Source: a virus
Lineage: Duplodnaviria; Caudoviricetes
DNA length: 64,000 bases
Virus record (IMG/VR): IMGVR_UViG_3300050159_000048
Strand: one strand, 5' to 3'
The translations under genes were made by a program, and so were the position numbers. Positions 1 to 8,551 of the stretch are shown here, in pieces. Position 1 is the first letter of the stretch, and the number at the start of each line of letters is the position of its first letter. A model generated the notes under the pieces. That model saw only the letters and a program-made list of their open reading frames with translations, was not told the origin of the DNA and did no database searches.

Positions 1-40
1 CCATTTCTCCGCGCGCGCTTCGTGCAATCTTTTTCGCCAT
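1..40 (-). CDS. 5' end of a hypothetical protein (MAKKIARSARGEM...), runs off the window
   Basis: ATG at 38-40 with AGAGGA RBS at 45-50; open to the window edge. Confidence 0.55.
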   Translation of the reverse strand, partial: MAKKIARSARGEM

Positions 41-50
41 AACATCCTCT

Positions 51-602
51 TTATTCGTGTAGGAAGTCGCCAATATCTAGGTCATACTCATAACTGTCCA
101 CGTCATGGACACCAATAATGTATAACACGTAGGACGACACGCTACTACCACGACCAACACCCCATATGATGTCGTTAGCGGTTAGCGTATTTATGATCCA
201 AATTATTGCCCGCAAAACGTCAAACAAGCCAAGCTTCTTGTACTGACGCAACTCTTCAACCAATCGCCGCTCTCGTTGATCGATGTCATCTTCGTCCAAA
301 CCCTCCATTAAGATGGAGTGGGCACGAGAAATATAATCAACCACATCGAGGCGTTGATATTGCTGGGGAATCGTCCAGTTGGTTGACAACTCATTGCAAT
401 GTTCTTTGGTGTGAATCTCTTCAGCACGTGATACGTTACGGTTATACTCACTGATCTGTGGAGTAATTTCAGTAACGTATCGCACATCATACTTGCGCAA
501 TGCCAGCAGTAGTTTGTTCGGGTCAAATACTGAATCACCATCGAACCATATGGTTCGATCCTTGAGTACTGTTTTAGGCGTATAGTGAGTTGTATTGACC
601 AT
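51..602 (-). CDS. Stand-alone DnaE (Pol III alpha) palm-region fragment
   Basis: RLVEEL...GVGRGSSVSSYVLYIIGVHDVD matches the DnaE RLxxEL...GxGRGS..SLVxYxLGIT.vDP pattern; only 183 aa. Confidence 0.75.
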   Translation of the reverse strand: MVNTTHYTPKTVLKDRTIWFDGDSVFDPNKLLLALRKYDVRYVTEITPQISEYNRNVSRAEEIHTKEHCNELSTNWTIPQQYQRLDVVDYISRAHSILMEGLDEDDIDQRERRLVEELRQYKKLGLFDVLRAIIWIINTLTANDIIWGVGRGSSVSSYVLYIIGVHDVDSYEYDLDIGDFLHE

Positions 603-960
603 TTGACGTATCGATATCCGGAGCCCTCACAGCTCCGCCTTGACCCATTGACAGTGGCATGCCTCCAGTAGGAGCCATGGACGGAGCTGGTCGCGCTGCA
701 GTTAGACCGCTAGGGCCGACGGGCATTGCCGGCATCACCGGTATTTGTGGTTGATACGTGGGTGGAATGTATTGCTGGCTAGGCGCTGCAACAGTTTGGT
801 GAGCAGCCTGAGGTGCTGCCACCTCTTCTAGTGATTCAATCATCGACCGAATCTTGGCCCATTGACGAGCACTAGGCACCCAACTGTCCGTGTCTGATGC
901 AAACTCAACCGCTTCGATGAATGTTTTTAAGTCGCGTACGGTAGTCTTTTTCTCTGTCAT
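574..960 (-). CDS. Hypothetical protein, Pro/Gln/Ala-rich C-terminus
   Basis: ORF within operon; ATG at 960 preferred over the alternative start at 993. Confidence 0.7.
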   Translation of the reverse strand: MTEKKTTVRDLKTFIEAVEFASDTDSWVPSARQWAKIRSMIESLEEVAAPQAAHQTVAAPSQQYIPPTYQPQIPVMPAMPVGPSGLTAARPAPSMAPTGGMPLSMGQGGAVRAPDIDTSNGQYNSLYA

Positions 961-967
961 GATTGCC

Positions 968-1459
968 TCAATTTCCAATAAGATCACCAACAATGATGTC
1001 TTTTAGGTACTTATTGTACGTATCGCTCGGGCTAACACACACCCATTCCTCTGGTCCCACGGGGTGGCACAGCATTTGGTGCTTGTTCAAAGAAGGGCCA
1101 ACATTGCGATACTCTACGTGGTAATTCGTAACTGTAATGATTTCGGGCGTTGGGTATGATTTGGATGGTCCATACGAGAACGCTGTGAACTGACGACCAG
1201 CGGCCTCTGCAAGTTGGACAACATCCAACTGCGCGGTGTCGCGATCATATACGAGAATGTTCCAGTTCGCTGGAAGTGTGAACTGGAAGCCTCGGATCAT
1301 CAGAGTCATTGACGGGCATACCACCTCCTCCAACATCATTAGAGGAGCAAGCATGAAGTCGAGTGCGTTTAGGTCGAGAACCCAGAGGTGCTCCGATACC
1401 GTCGGACCGTGGATGTTATCCAGGATGATTGGCTGAGAGTCACCGTCGAAAATTAGCAT
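968..1459 (-). CDS. Hypothetical protein
   Basis: 163 aa ORF with AAGGA RBS, tightly packed in operon. Confidence 0.75.
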   Translation of the reverse strand: MLIFDGDSQPIILDNIHGPTVSEHLWVLDLNALDFMLAPLMMLEEVVCPSMTLMIRGFQFTLPANWNILVYDRDTAQLDVVQLAEAAGRQFTAFSYGPSKSYPTPEIITVTNYHVEYRNVGPSLNKHQMLCHPVGPEEWVCVSPSDTYNKYLKDIIVGDLIGN

Positions 1460-1485
1460 GTTGTTATCCTTATAGGTGCTACACT

Positions 1486-3021
1486 TTACTCTTGATCGTC
1501 TTGGAAGTCAAGAATCTCAAGATTATGGTAACTAAGTTTACGTTTCTTGTACTTGTACCGAGCTTCGTCGTAGTAGTTGAGCCGTTGGCGTAGATGCTTT
1601 TTTCCGTGCTTCAAATCAGAACAGATGTCCGTCATGTGCAGGTTTTTCTTGTCGTGAGCCGTACGCAGCCCACGACCAATTGCCTGAATTACACGGATGA
1701 ATGACTTACCAATGTCAACTGTTACTAGGTTGAAGATTCGACGAATGTTCAGACCCACGGCTGCAATGTGCACTGTGGCGATCACGATGAGGTCATCGTG
1801 ATCCTTAAACATATCGTAGATCAACTGACGTTCTTTGGCTTTCTTAACGTCTTGGCCGTTAACGAAGATCGCGCCCGGGATTAAACTCGCCAACTCACGA
1901 CCGTACGAAATTGAGTCCACGAAACACAGGGTATTCCCCTTCTTTGCGTCGCGTTTTGCAATCAAGTAGTCAGCAATCCACTCAGTCCGTTCGGTCTTCC
2001 GCTGCATATACGACTTTTCAGAAGCAAAGTCAGGGAAATAGCCGTCTTTGAATTGAGTATATGTCGGTGGCTTACTGCCAATCATGTCTTCGTCACAGAA
2101 TTGCTTGTATTCCTTTGTCAAGTCCTCATCCAGCTGGACAACGTCAATGTGAAGCTGAGCCAGAATGCCGCGCGCCATCAGTTCTTCGGCAGTGACAGTG
2201 CCTCGAACAGGGCCAAGGGCTGTCTTGATTGTTAGGACGTCAGACGGACTCTTGGGCAGCGTTCCCGTCACACCAAACCTGAACGGAATCTTGGCAGCAT
2301 GGTCGGTTAGAATCTTCTGCAGCACATTGCCCTTAGCTCCGTGACACTCGTCAACCAGTACCATCCCGAACAATTCAATCAACTTCGGGTTGTTCTTCAG
2401 TGCTTGCCAGGTGGATACGACGTGTTGATGGTCGTAATCTTTGGATGTACCACTGTATTCGCCTGTATCCAGACCGCAATTGACGTAGTCCTTCTTTGTG
2501 TTGGTGATCAGATCCTGGTTCGGAACAATCGTTAACGTCTTAACACCAATTTTGCCATACGCATTGCACAGAGCTGCACACAACAGTGTCTTACCAGCAC
2601 CGGTTGATGCAATGATGAGTCCGTTGCCGTGTTCGATCAGCAGATTAACGTTGTCGTACTGGTAGTCGCGCAGAATGATTGGAGTGCCGTCGTCAGGGTG
2701 CAATACCGCAGCGAACTCGTTTGCATCGATTGTGGCAGCGTGGCGCAGTGGCAGACGTAGGTCTTCCAGCTCAATCTTATAGCCAAACTTTATGATCTTA
2801 GGGACGATCTCTTCCAACAGGTACACATACGTACGACCAGTCTTCTGATAGTACCGAATCTTTCCGTCCCACTGACCGAGTTTGAATTTCGGGTTAAAGA
2901 AATAGTTCTCCGCTGGGACAGCGTATTTGTTGTAGAAGAATTCGTGATGATCTCCGTGTAATCCAACGATTACAGCCGTAACCTCATCGAGGATACGGAC
3001 TTTGCATGTAGCTTGGGTCAT
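1486..3021 (-). CDS. uvsW: UvsW-like SF2 DNA helicase
   Basis: LRDYQ Q-motif, ASTGAGKT Walker A, VDECH, GVTGT, QAIGRGLR motif VI; N-terminal WDGKIR typical of UvsW. Confidence 0.92.
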   Translation of the reverse strand: MTQATCKVRILDEVTAVIVGLHGDHHEFFYNKYAVPAENYFFNPKFKLGQWDGKIRYYQKTGRTYVYLLEEIVPKIIKFGYKIELEDLRLPLRHAATIDANEFAAVLHPDDGTPIILRDYQYDNVNLLIEHGNGLIIASTGAGKTLLCAALCNAYGKIGVKTLTIVPNQDLITNTKKDYVNCGLDTGEYSGTSKDYDHQHVVSTWQALKNNPKLIELFGMVLVDECHGAKGNVLQKILTDHAAKIPFRFGVTGTLPKSPSDVLTIKTALGPVRGTVTAEELMARGILAQLHIDVVQLDEDLTKEYKQFCDEDMIGSKPPTYTQFKDGYFPDFASEKSYMQRKTERTEWIADYLIAKRDAKKGNTLCFVDSISYGRELASLIPGAIFVNGQDVKKAKERQLIYDMFKDHDDLIVIATVHIAAVGLNIRRIFNLVTVDIGKSFIRVIQAIGRGLRTAHDKKNLHMTDICSDLKHGKKHLRQRLNYYDEARYKYKKRKLSYHNLEILDFQDDQE

Positions 3022-3476
3022 AGTTCTGAGTCATGCACGCTGTCGCATCGTGCGTTTGTGATGTCACGTAGTGCAAAACCGCGCTTTGTGAACGCGTCAC
3101 ACGCCGCGCTATACTTCTCGTATAGTTCTTCACACTCCAAATACAGCTCGTACACCGTCAGGTAGTCGGTTTCTGCATCAACGTAGTTGTTCAGCTGACG
3201 TTCACCAAGGTCACGAGAGTAGTTCTCTTTGTACCTACGAATCAGTGTCCCACGAACCTTAGCAACTTGACTGTCCATGTATTTCAGCAGGACCTTCAGT
3301 TCAGCTTTGCGCGACTCGTAGTAGTACGAGTTTGATGCTTGTTCGCGGAGCGCAACTTCCAACATCTTGCCTTTGACTGCAAGATCCTGTGTGATATTGG
3401 CGAATGCTTGCTCGTAATCAGCGATGATTTGTGGTAGATTGGCGAATGACTTCCCCAAATCTTGAATTCTGCTCAT
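3018..3476 (-). CDS. uvsY: UvsY-like recombination mediator
   Basis: 152 aa helical protein (YSRDLGERQLNNYVDAE...GFALRDI) between uvsX and uvsW. Confidence 0.75.
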   Translation of the reverse strand: MSRIQDLGKSFANLPQIIADYEQAFANITQDLAVKGKMLEVALREQASNSYYYESRKAELKVLLKYMDSQVAKVRGTLIRRYKENYSRDLGERQLNNYVDAETDYLTVYELYLECEELYEKYSAACDAFTKRGFALRDITNARCDSVHDSEL

Positions 3477-3973
3477 TGCATTTTATCCCTTGTTTGCTGC
3501 TGGAAAAACAGCATCTGTTGTATTTGTTCTTTAGACAAGGATGCGGATTCTTGGGTAGCTGGTTGTGTTACCGGCGACGGTTCTGTAGTTTCAACAAACG
3601 CCTTGGTCAGAAACTGCTTAATGTCGTCCTTGCTATCAAACGCTCGAGCCAGCGGAAGGCTCAAGTGCAGCATTTGCTCAACATATACAGGAACAGTGTC
3701 ACCACGAGTCTCTGACATTTGCTTCAGAATCGGTGACTTGTTTGTTTGTGGGTTGTATCCAATGGTGAATACCACCAACAACACCTGTTCAACTATCCTG
3801 ACCTCTTCCCACTGAATGTCGTCTTGGGTAGATTCTAGCAGCTCAATCAGCGCTGGGAGAGTTGTCTCCCCCAGCATCGTCATTATTTGCTCGTTGAAGC
3901 TACGGTGTGCTTGTTCACGCTGGTCAAACAAGTTAACCAGCTGTTCGATACGGGACAACTTTGAATCAGCCAT
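3473..3973 (-). CDS. Hypothetical protein
   Basis: 166 aa ORF overlapping both neighbours. Confidence 0.7.
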   Translation of the reverse strand: MADSKLSRIEQLVNLFDQREQAHRSFNEQIMTMLGETTLPALIELLESTQDDIQWEEVRIVEQVLLVVFTIGYNPQTNKSPILKQMSETRGDTVPVYVEQMLHLSLPLARAFDSKDDIKQFLTKAFVETTEPSPVTQPATQESASLSKEQIQQMLFFQQQTRDKMQ

Positions 3974-5024
3974 TCCACACCGAGTCTTGAACGCGCATCA
4001 CCAGTTCAGCTGCATAATGAATGTCCGGCTTCTTCGGAAGCTTTGTAGCGACATACAGTTCTTCACGAACGCGTTTGTCCATTCGCTCTGCATACTCCAC
4101 GATGTCCTCATACGACCAAGAGCCGTTGCGGATGGCCAACAACTCAGCCGCGTCGGGACGGCGAACGTGTAGGATTCCTGTTTCCAAAGCCTCCGCACCC
4201 ATTCGCAGCAGGCGGACCAGATGCATTGCGTGCTTCGTGTCGTAGCCGTATTTTTCTTCCAGCTCGCTACGCTTTTCGTTGCGATTCTTCTTCCACGTCC
4301 AGTAGTTCGACCACATATCTTTGTCGGCATCGTATACGGAGCGGTTGAACTTAACAATGAACTTAGGTGTGCCAAGTTCATGGCTATCACCTTCGTAATC
4401 GGAGTTCAAGCTACCCGTCTCGAGGTTATACGGTGAGTACCCAGGCGCGGAGAAGACGCCAAACGTATCGCCACTAAACGGAACCAGTCGATGATTCTCG
4501 TACAGATCACGCAGCCGCACCTTGAATGTCTTAGCGCCAGTGAAGTTGTGCACCAAAGACATGTAATCAACCTGTTGTGGTCGTGCTTCTGGTTGTGGGT
4601 TATTGATCCACTTGTTATGTCCTTTGATTCGCTTCAGTTGTGATAGCGCATAACCAGACGTAGTAAAAGCGATCTTGCTGGATAGCAGCTTTGGGGCCGC
4701 TGCGCGAAGCAGCTCATATGCGGGCGTAGAAAATACAACGTCCCGCTCATCCACCCACAGAGTTTCGATCACATTCGGGTTGCAGTCGAGAGCGAGCTTC
4801 ATGAACTGAGCTAGTTCATAAATGACTGTATCTTCCTCAGCTTGATCTTCTTTTTGGTTGATCGTGTAGAACGGAGTGCGCACGTTGATTGGGTCAGCAC
4901 AGAAAATCCCACGGAAATCCGTATCGGATGTTGGTAGGTTTGTCCCGTAAGCGATTGACCCAGCGTAGTGTTTGACTAGCAGGTTGTCGCGGATTAATTC
5001 GTCGGCTGTCTTGATTTTGGCCAT
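3966..5024 (-). CDS. Pol-beta-superfamily nucleotidyltransferase (RlaP/PF10127-like)
   Basis: AGSIAYGTNLPTSDTDFRG (GS-x-DxD), CNPNVIE and YDTKHAMHLVRLL motifs; true start likely ATG 5024. Confidence 0.85.
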   Translation of the reverse strand: MAKIKTADELIRDNLLVKHYAGSIAYGTNLPTSDTDFRGIFCADPINVRTPFYTINQKEDQAEEDTVIYELAQFMKLALDCNPNVIETLWVDERDVVFSTPAYELLRAAAPKLLSSKIAFTTSGYALSQLKRIKGHNKWINNPQPEARPQQVDYMSLVHNFTGAKTFKVRLRDLYENHRLVPFSGDTFGVFSAPGYSPYNLETGSLNSDYEGDSHELGTPKFIVKFNRSVYDADKDMWSNYWTWKKNRNEKRSELEEKYGYDTKHAMHLVRLLRMGAEALETGILHVRRPDAAELLAIRNGSWSYEDIVEYAERMDKRVREELYVATKLPKKPDIHYAAELVMRVQDSVWNG

Positions 5025-5041
5025 GATAATTTCCCAAAAGA

Positions 5042-5075
5042 AAATGGTGCACAATATCCCTATTGTGCACCATTT
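5042..5075 (-). terminator. Intrinsic terminator after uvsX
   Basis: 15-bp perfect stem AAATGGTGCACAATA/TATTGTGCACCATTT, followed on minus by TCTTTT. Confidence 0.75.
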
Positions 5076-5090
5076 ACCGATTAATGTCAA
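5062..5090 (-). promoter_or_regulatory. Candidate sigma70-type promoter for the nucleotidyltransferase
   Basis: TTGACA-N17-CACAAT, overlapping the terminator arm; the -10 is imperfect. Confidence 0.5.
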
Positions 5091-5095
5091 CCGGG

Positions 5096-6220
5096 TTATT
5101 CAGCAGCCTGCTCTTGCATACCGGCGTGCTTTTGCATGCGTTTCGACTTAGCGGACTCACCCGCATTTGTGTCAACTTCAGCATCTGCTTCCAGGAACGC
5201 GCTCGTTTCTGCTTCCAGCAGGGCTAGCACTTCATCAGCGTGGTTCAGGAAAATGTCGTCTGCACGCATCTTGTCTTCACTACCCTTGATTGTATACCAA
5301 CTACCATGCTGGATCACAACGCCAACAGCCTTGGCTACTTCCAGAAGACCAGAGTAAGGATCCATGCCGGATTCGTACGGCACTTCAATCTCAACCTTCT
5401 GGAACGGCTTGGTAAAGCGGGTCTTATACCCCTCACAGATCATTCGTACGCCAGCAACATCGCCCGCCTTAGCACCCTTTGAGTCGTCCTTCAGCTTGCG
5501 CTTTTGGATGAGGATGATTTGTGAGCAAGCGTACTTGACAGCGTCGGAAACAATCCATACGCCTTCACCGTTCAGCACGTCTTGGTTCTTGTACACTTGC
5601 GATGTAACAACCATCGCAACGTTCAAGTTCTTGATTGCTTGAACAAACGTGCGCAGCATTGCCTTCAACTGCTTGTTCTTCTGACCTTGGTCACCCTTGG
5701 TAACGCCCTTGTCGTAATGATCGAGTTCAGTCTCTGTCATCAACATGTCAAGAGAGTCGATCAGGATGAACACTTGAGGCGCATCTTCAGCTTCACCAAC
5801 TTGTTCCTTGTACTTCTTTAAGAAAGAAGACACCACTTTGGTTACTTCAGGAATCGTTGTGACGCTAACGTACTTGTAGCCTTCTTCGGTGTTGACACCA
5901 ATCTTGCCCATGAATTCGTCATCCAGAGCGTTCTCTGTGTCAATAACAAGGCAATATGCGCCAGCTTCTTGAGCTGCACGCGTGAGGTTAGCGGAGATGA
6001 AGCTCTTACCAGCGCCAGACGGGCCTGCCAAGTCTGTCACTCGCCCCTGGGGGATACCATTGAAGTAACTGCCGGAAATGATGCGGTTTAGCACGTAGTT
6101 TCCGGTAGAATACCAGTATCGAGGGGGTAGTGACGAAGTACCGACACCGTCCATTTTTTCCAAGTCCTTATTGAACTCGTCAACAAAGGCAAAGATGTTA
6201 TCGTTATTCTTTTTTGCCAT
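5096..6220 (-). CDS. uvsX: UvsX/RecA-like recombinase
   Basis: AGPSGAGKS Walker A, IDTENALD, ILIDSL Walker B, KTRFTKPF, IPYESGMDPYSGL. Confidence 0.95.
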   Translation of the reverse strand: MAKKNNDNIFAFVDEFNKDLEKMDGVGTSSLPPRYWYSTGNYVLNRIISGSYFNGIPQGRVTDLAGPSGAGKSFISANLTRAAQEAGAYCLVIDTENALDDEFMGKIGVNTEEGYKYVSVTTIPEVTKVVSSFLKKYKEQVGEAEDAPQVFILIDSLDMLMTETELDHYDKGVTKGDQGQKNKQLKAMLRTFVQAIKNLNVAMVVTSQVYKNQDVLNGEGVWIVSDAVKYACSQIILIQKRKLKDDSKGAKAGDVAGVRMICEGYKTRFTKPFQKVEIEVPYESGMDPYSGLLEVAKAVGVVIQHGSWYTIKGSEDKMRADDIFLNHADEVLALLEAETSAFLEADAEVDTNAGESAKSKRMQKHAGMQEQAAE

Positions 6221-6233
6221 ATGATTTCTCCAA

Positions 6234-6265
6234 GAAAAGAAGGGAGGTTGCCCTCCCTTCTTTTC
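6234..6265 (-). terminator. Intrinsic terminator after gp32
   Basis: 14-bp stem GAAAAGAAGGGAGG-TTGC-CCTCCCTTCTTTTC. Confidence 0.85.
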
Positions 6266-6273
6266 GTTTTTGC

Positions 6274-7239
6274 TTAACCAGCCTTACGACGAGCGCGGAT
6301 TGCCGCGAGCATGTCGTCTACGTCGCTTGAGCCTTCGTCCGATTCAGCAACCGGCTTTGCAGCAGGCTTCGGGGCAGCGGCCTTAGGGGCCTCATTCCAC
6401 GGTGCGTCATCGTCATCGGCCTTAGCCTTCGGAGCAGGCTTAGAGCGCGGTGCGGGAGCTTCGTCGTCATCAGACGAGCGTTGTCCGCCGCGGCCAGATT
6501 CCTGGTAGTCTTCGCCGTTCAGGTCGGCGTTCAGCATCCCTTGAACCTTTTCCAGCCCAGGGTTCTTCGGCAGGAGAGTTGCCAGGTCGATCATGCCACC
6601 GTTTTCGTCGGTAACCACGACCAGTTCATCTTCCGTCAGAGAGCGTTGACGCGACTGGAACTTGGTTCCCATCGTGTACGTAGAGTATTCACCCTGTTGC
6701 GTCTTCTTGATGATGAAGTCGTAGCCGCCTTCGAACGAGTACGGCACATCGTCCAGAGGATCATCTTCCGAAGCAAATGCTTCCTTGATGATGTTGTACA
6801 GCTGGTAGCCGAGCGCAATGTAGCGCACCTTACCAGCATGGTTTTCGCCAGTTTCCTTGTCGGCGTCGAGCGGATCTTCAACCACCAGGGCTTGAGCAAT
6901 GTATTGCTTCTTGCGCCAGTACTTCTTGCCGTTCACCTCGTCCTTGACCTTGTAGTAGTCTTGGGAAATCTTGCACACAGGGCAATCTTCACCGTACATG
7001 GACAGGCAAGGAACGGTCCGCTTTTGACCGTTGATGTTGAGGTTGTGGAACACCTTTTCTACCAGGAAACCGCGAGGGTTACCGGAGTTGGCGTCAGGCA
7101 GGAAACGAATGATGGCACGTTGACCAGCTTTCATGTTCCAGAAGGGGTAGTAGTTGCTTGTAAAGGATTCGCGGGTAGTGGATTCCTTTTCCGAACCGCC
7201 GAATTGGGCACGGAGGGCTGCGAGCTTAGCGTTTGACAT
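6274..7239 (-). CDS. T4 gp32-like single-stranded DNA-binding protein
   Basis: AIIRFLP, CLSMYGEDCPVC, YWRKKQY, FEGGYDFIIK; acidic C-tail. Confidence 0.9.
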   Translation of the reverse strand: MSNAKLAALRAQFGGSEKESTTRESFTSNYYPFWNMKAGQRAIIRFLPDANSGNPRGFLVEKVFHNLNINGQKRTVPCLSMYGEDCPVCKISQDYYKVKDEVNGKKYWRKKQYIAQALVVEDPLDADKETGENHAGKVRYIALGYQLYNIIKEAFASEDDPLDDVPYSFEGGYDFIIKKTQQGEYSTYTMGTKFQSRQRSLTEDELVVVTDENGGMIDLATLLPKNPGLEKVQGMLNADLNGEDYQESGRGGQRSSDDDEAPAPRSKPAPKAKADDDDAPWNEAPKAAAPKPAAKPVAESDEGSSDVDDMLAAIRARRKAG

Positions 7240-7402
7240 AATGAACTCCTTGTTCTCTTCTAATAGTTATTTGGAATTTCTCGTCTGTGAACCTAATGTC
7301 GTTAGTTCACTTAACAATCTTCATTCACTTCTGAGAAAAAATCAACAAGAGGACGGAACTGTTCCGCTTGAGGGTGCCTCTCACCCTATCTTACCGATTT
7401 AG

Positions 7403-7409
7403 TATTTAT
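7403..7409 (-). promoter_or_regulatory. Late promoter ATAAATA (gp32 leader)
   Basis: cATAAATA upstream of gp32. Confidence 0.6.
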
Positions 7410-7418
7410 GCTAATACG

Positions 7419-7886
7419 TCACATCGGTACGAAATTTGTTTTGTGATCTTTGTTGTCCGTATTCCACGAACTCTTCATCAGGTATTGGTCACCTGTACCC
7501 TTGATGGCTTCCTCAGCATGTTCGCTGTTGAATTCACTAAGAGATGTACCGTACTGTTGGAGGAACTGGTCAACAGGCATTGGCTTACCGTCTACAGCCA
7601 CTTGCTTGATGCGAACAGATTCGACCTCAATACCCTGAGAATCACCACCCGACCCACCATGTCGGCCACGGGGGATATAATCGCTGTAATAGGTCGTAAC
7701 CGCAACAACACCACTGATTTGTACTGTACGTTCGGTTCCGTCTTCTTCATATACGTACGTTGTGAATGTTGTGTTGTACTCGTCGGCAGAGGGATCTGGT
7801 TCCTGACCGTCATAGTACGGCGAGCGAGGGTCAGATTCGTCACCGGAACGGTAGTCGCTTGGATCTAGAATTTCGTTTAGGCGCAT
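7419..7886 (-). CDS. Hypothetical late protein, possible internal head protein
   Basis: 155 aa, starts MRLNEI; late promoter upstream. Confidence 0.7.
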   Translation of the reverse strand: MRLNEILDPSDYRSGDESDPRSPYYDGQEPDPSADEYNTTFTTYVYEEDGTERTVQISGVVAVTTYYSDYIPRGRHGGSGGDSQGIEVESVRIKQVAVDGKPMPVDQFLQQYGTSLSEFNSEHAEEAIKGTGDQYLMKSSWNTDNKDHKTNFVPM

Positions 7887-7909
7887 GGTAGTATCTTCCT
7901 ATGGTGCGG

Positions 7910-8551
7910 TTATTTATGATTGTGTGTGGGAATGATCCCGTTTGATGGGGCGTACATGTTGGTTAAAGCCATTCCCATGTCGCGGTGATGTGCAGCATAT
8001 CGGTTACGAAACTGGTGAGTCATCATTGCGTGATGTTGGTGCCAAAAGTATCCAGGATAGTTCACATGGATAGCCCCATGTGTTAGTGCAGTGGTGGCTC
8101 GTAAAAACCAATCAATTCCAAACCCAAAGCGGTCTGATAATTGCTTAGCTTCGTGGCAAACCATTGAGCTCCTAAACACCGCAAGGTGATGAATTGTCCG
8201 TGGATGTATGGCAACTTCTAACCACGTTCGACGGTTTGTGTTACCATAAGTCTGTTCTCCTGTCGGAGAGACGATCACTTCATTTGTGAACGCTAAGCCT
8301 ACGGTTGGGTTTTCTTGCAAAGCCTCAACGCACAAGCGAAGTGAGTGCGGATCAATCGTATCGTCATCATCAACAACAGCTACGTATTCGTCAATGAATA
8401 GAGACTCGTACCTGTCACGTTCAAAGGTGTTATAGCATGGGATAATCACATGCTTACCCCCACTCGGTAACGCATTAGCTATCGAAGTTTTGCACCGGGA
8501 CAGACCATCTGCGTTTGTAAATTGAGTAAGGGTTGCTACTGTCAGTGACAT
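7910..8551 (-). CDS. GT-A fold (family 2-like) glycosyltransferase
   Basis: EYVAVVDDDD (DxD) followed by CVEALQENPTVGLAFT; later IDW and YFWHQH GT2-like motifs. Confidence 0.65.
   Translation of the reverse strand: MSLTVATLTQFTNADGLSRCKTSIANALPSGGKHVIIPCYNTFERDRYESLFIDEYVAVVDDDDTIDPHSLRLCVEALQENPTVGLAFTNEVIVSPTGEQTYGNTNRRTWLEVAIHPRTIHHLAVFRSSMVCHEAKQLSDRFGFGIDWFLRATTALTHGAIHVNYPGYFWHQHHAMMTHQFRNRYAAHHRDMGMALTNMYAPSNGIIPTHNHK
7911..7917 (-). promoter_or_regulatory. Late promoter ATAAATA
   Basis: cATAAATA ~25 nt upstream of ATG 7886. Confidence 0.65.

Noticed and set aside
6481-7236. 251 aa ORF antisense to gp32, and similar shadows over gp23, gp22 and the hub gene
   Set aside because: These are antisense shadows of well-supported genes with no recognisable features.
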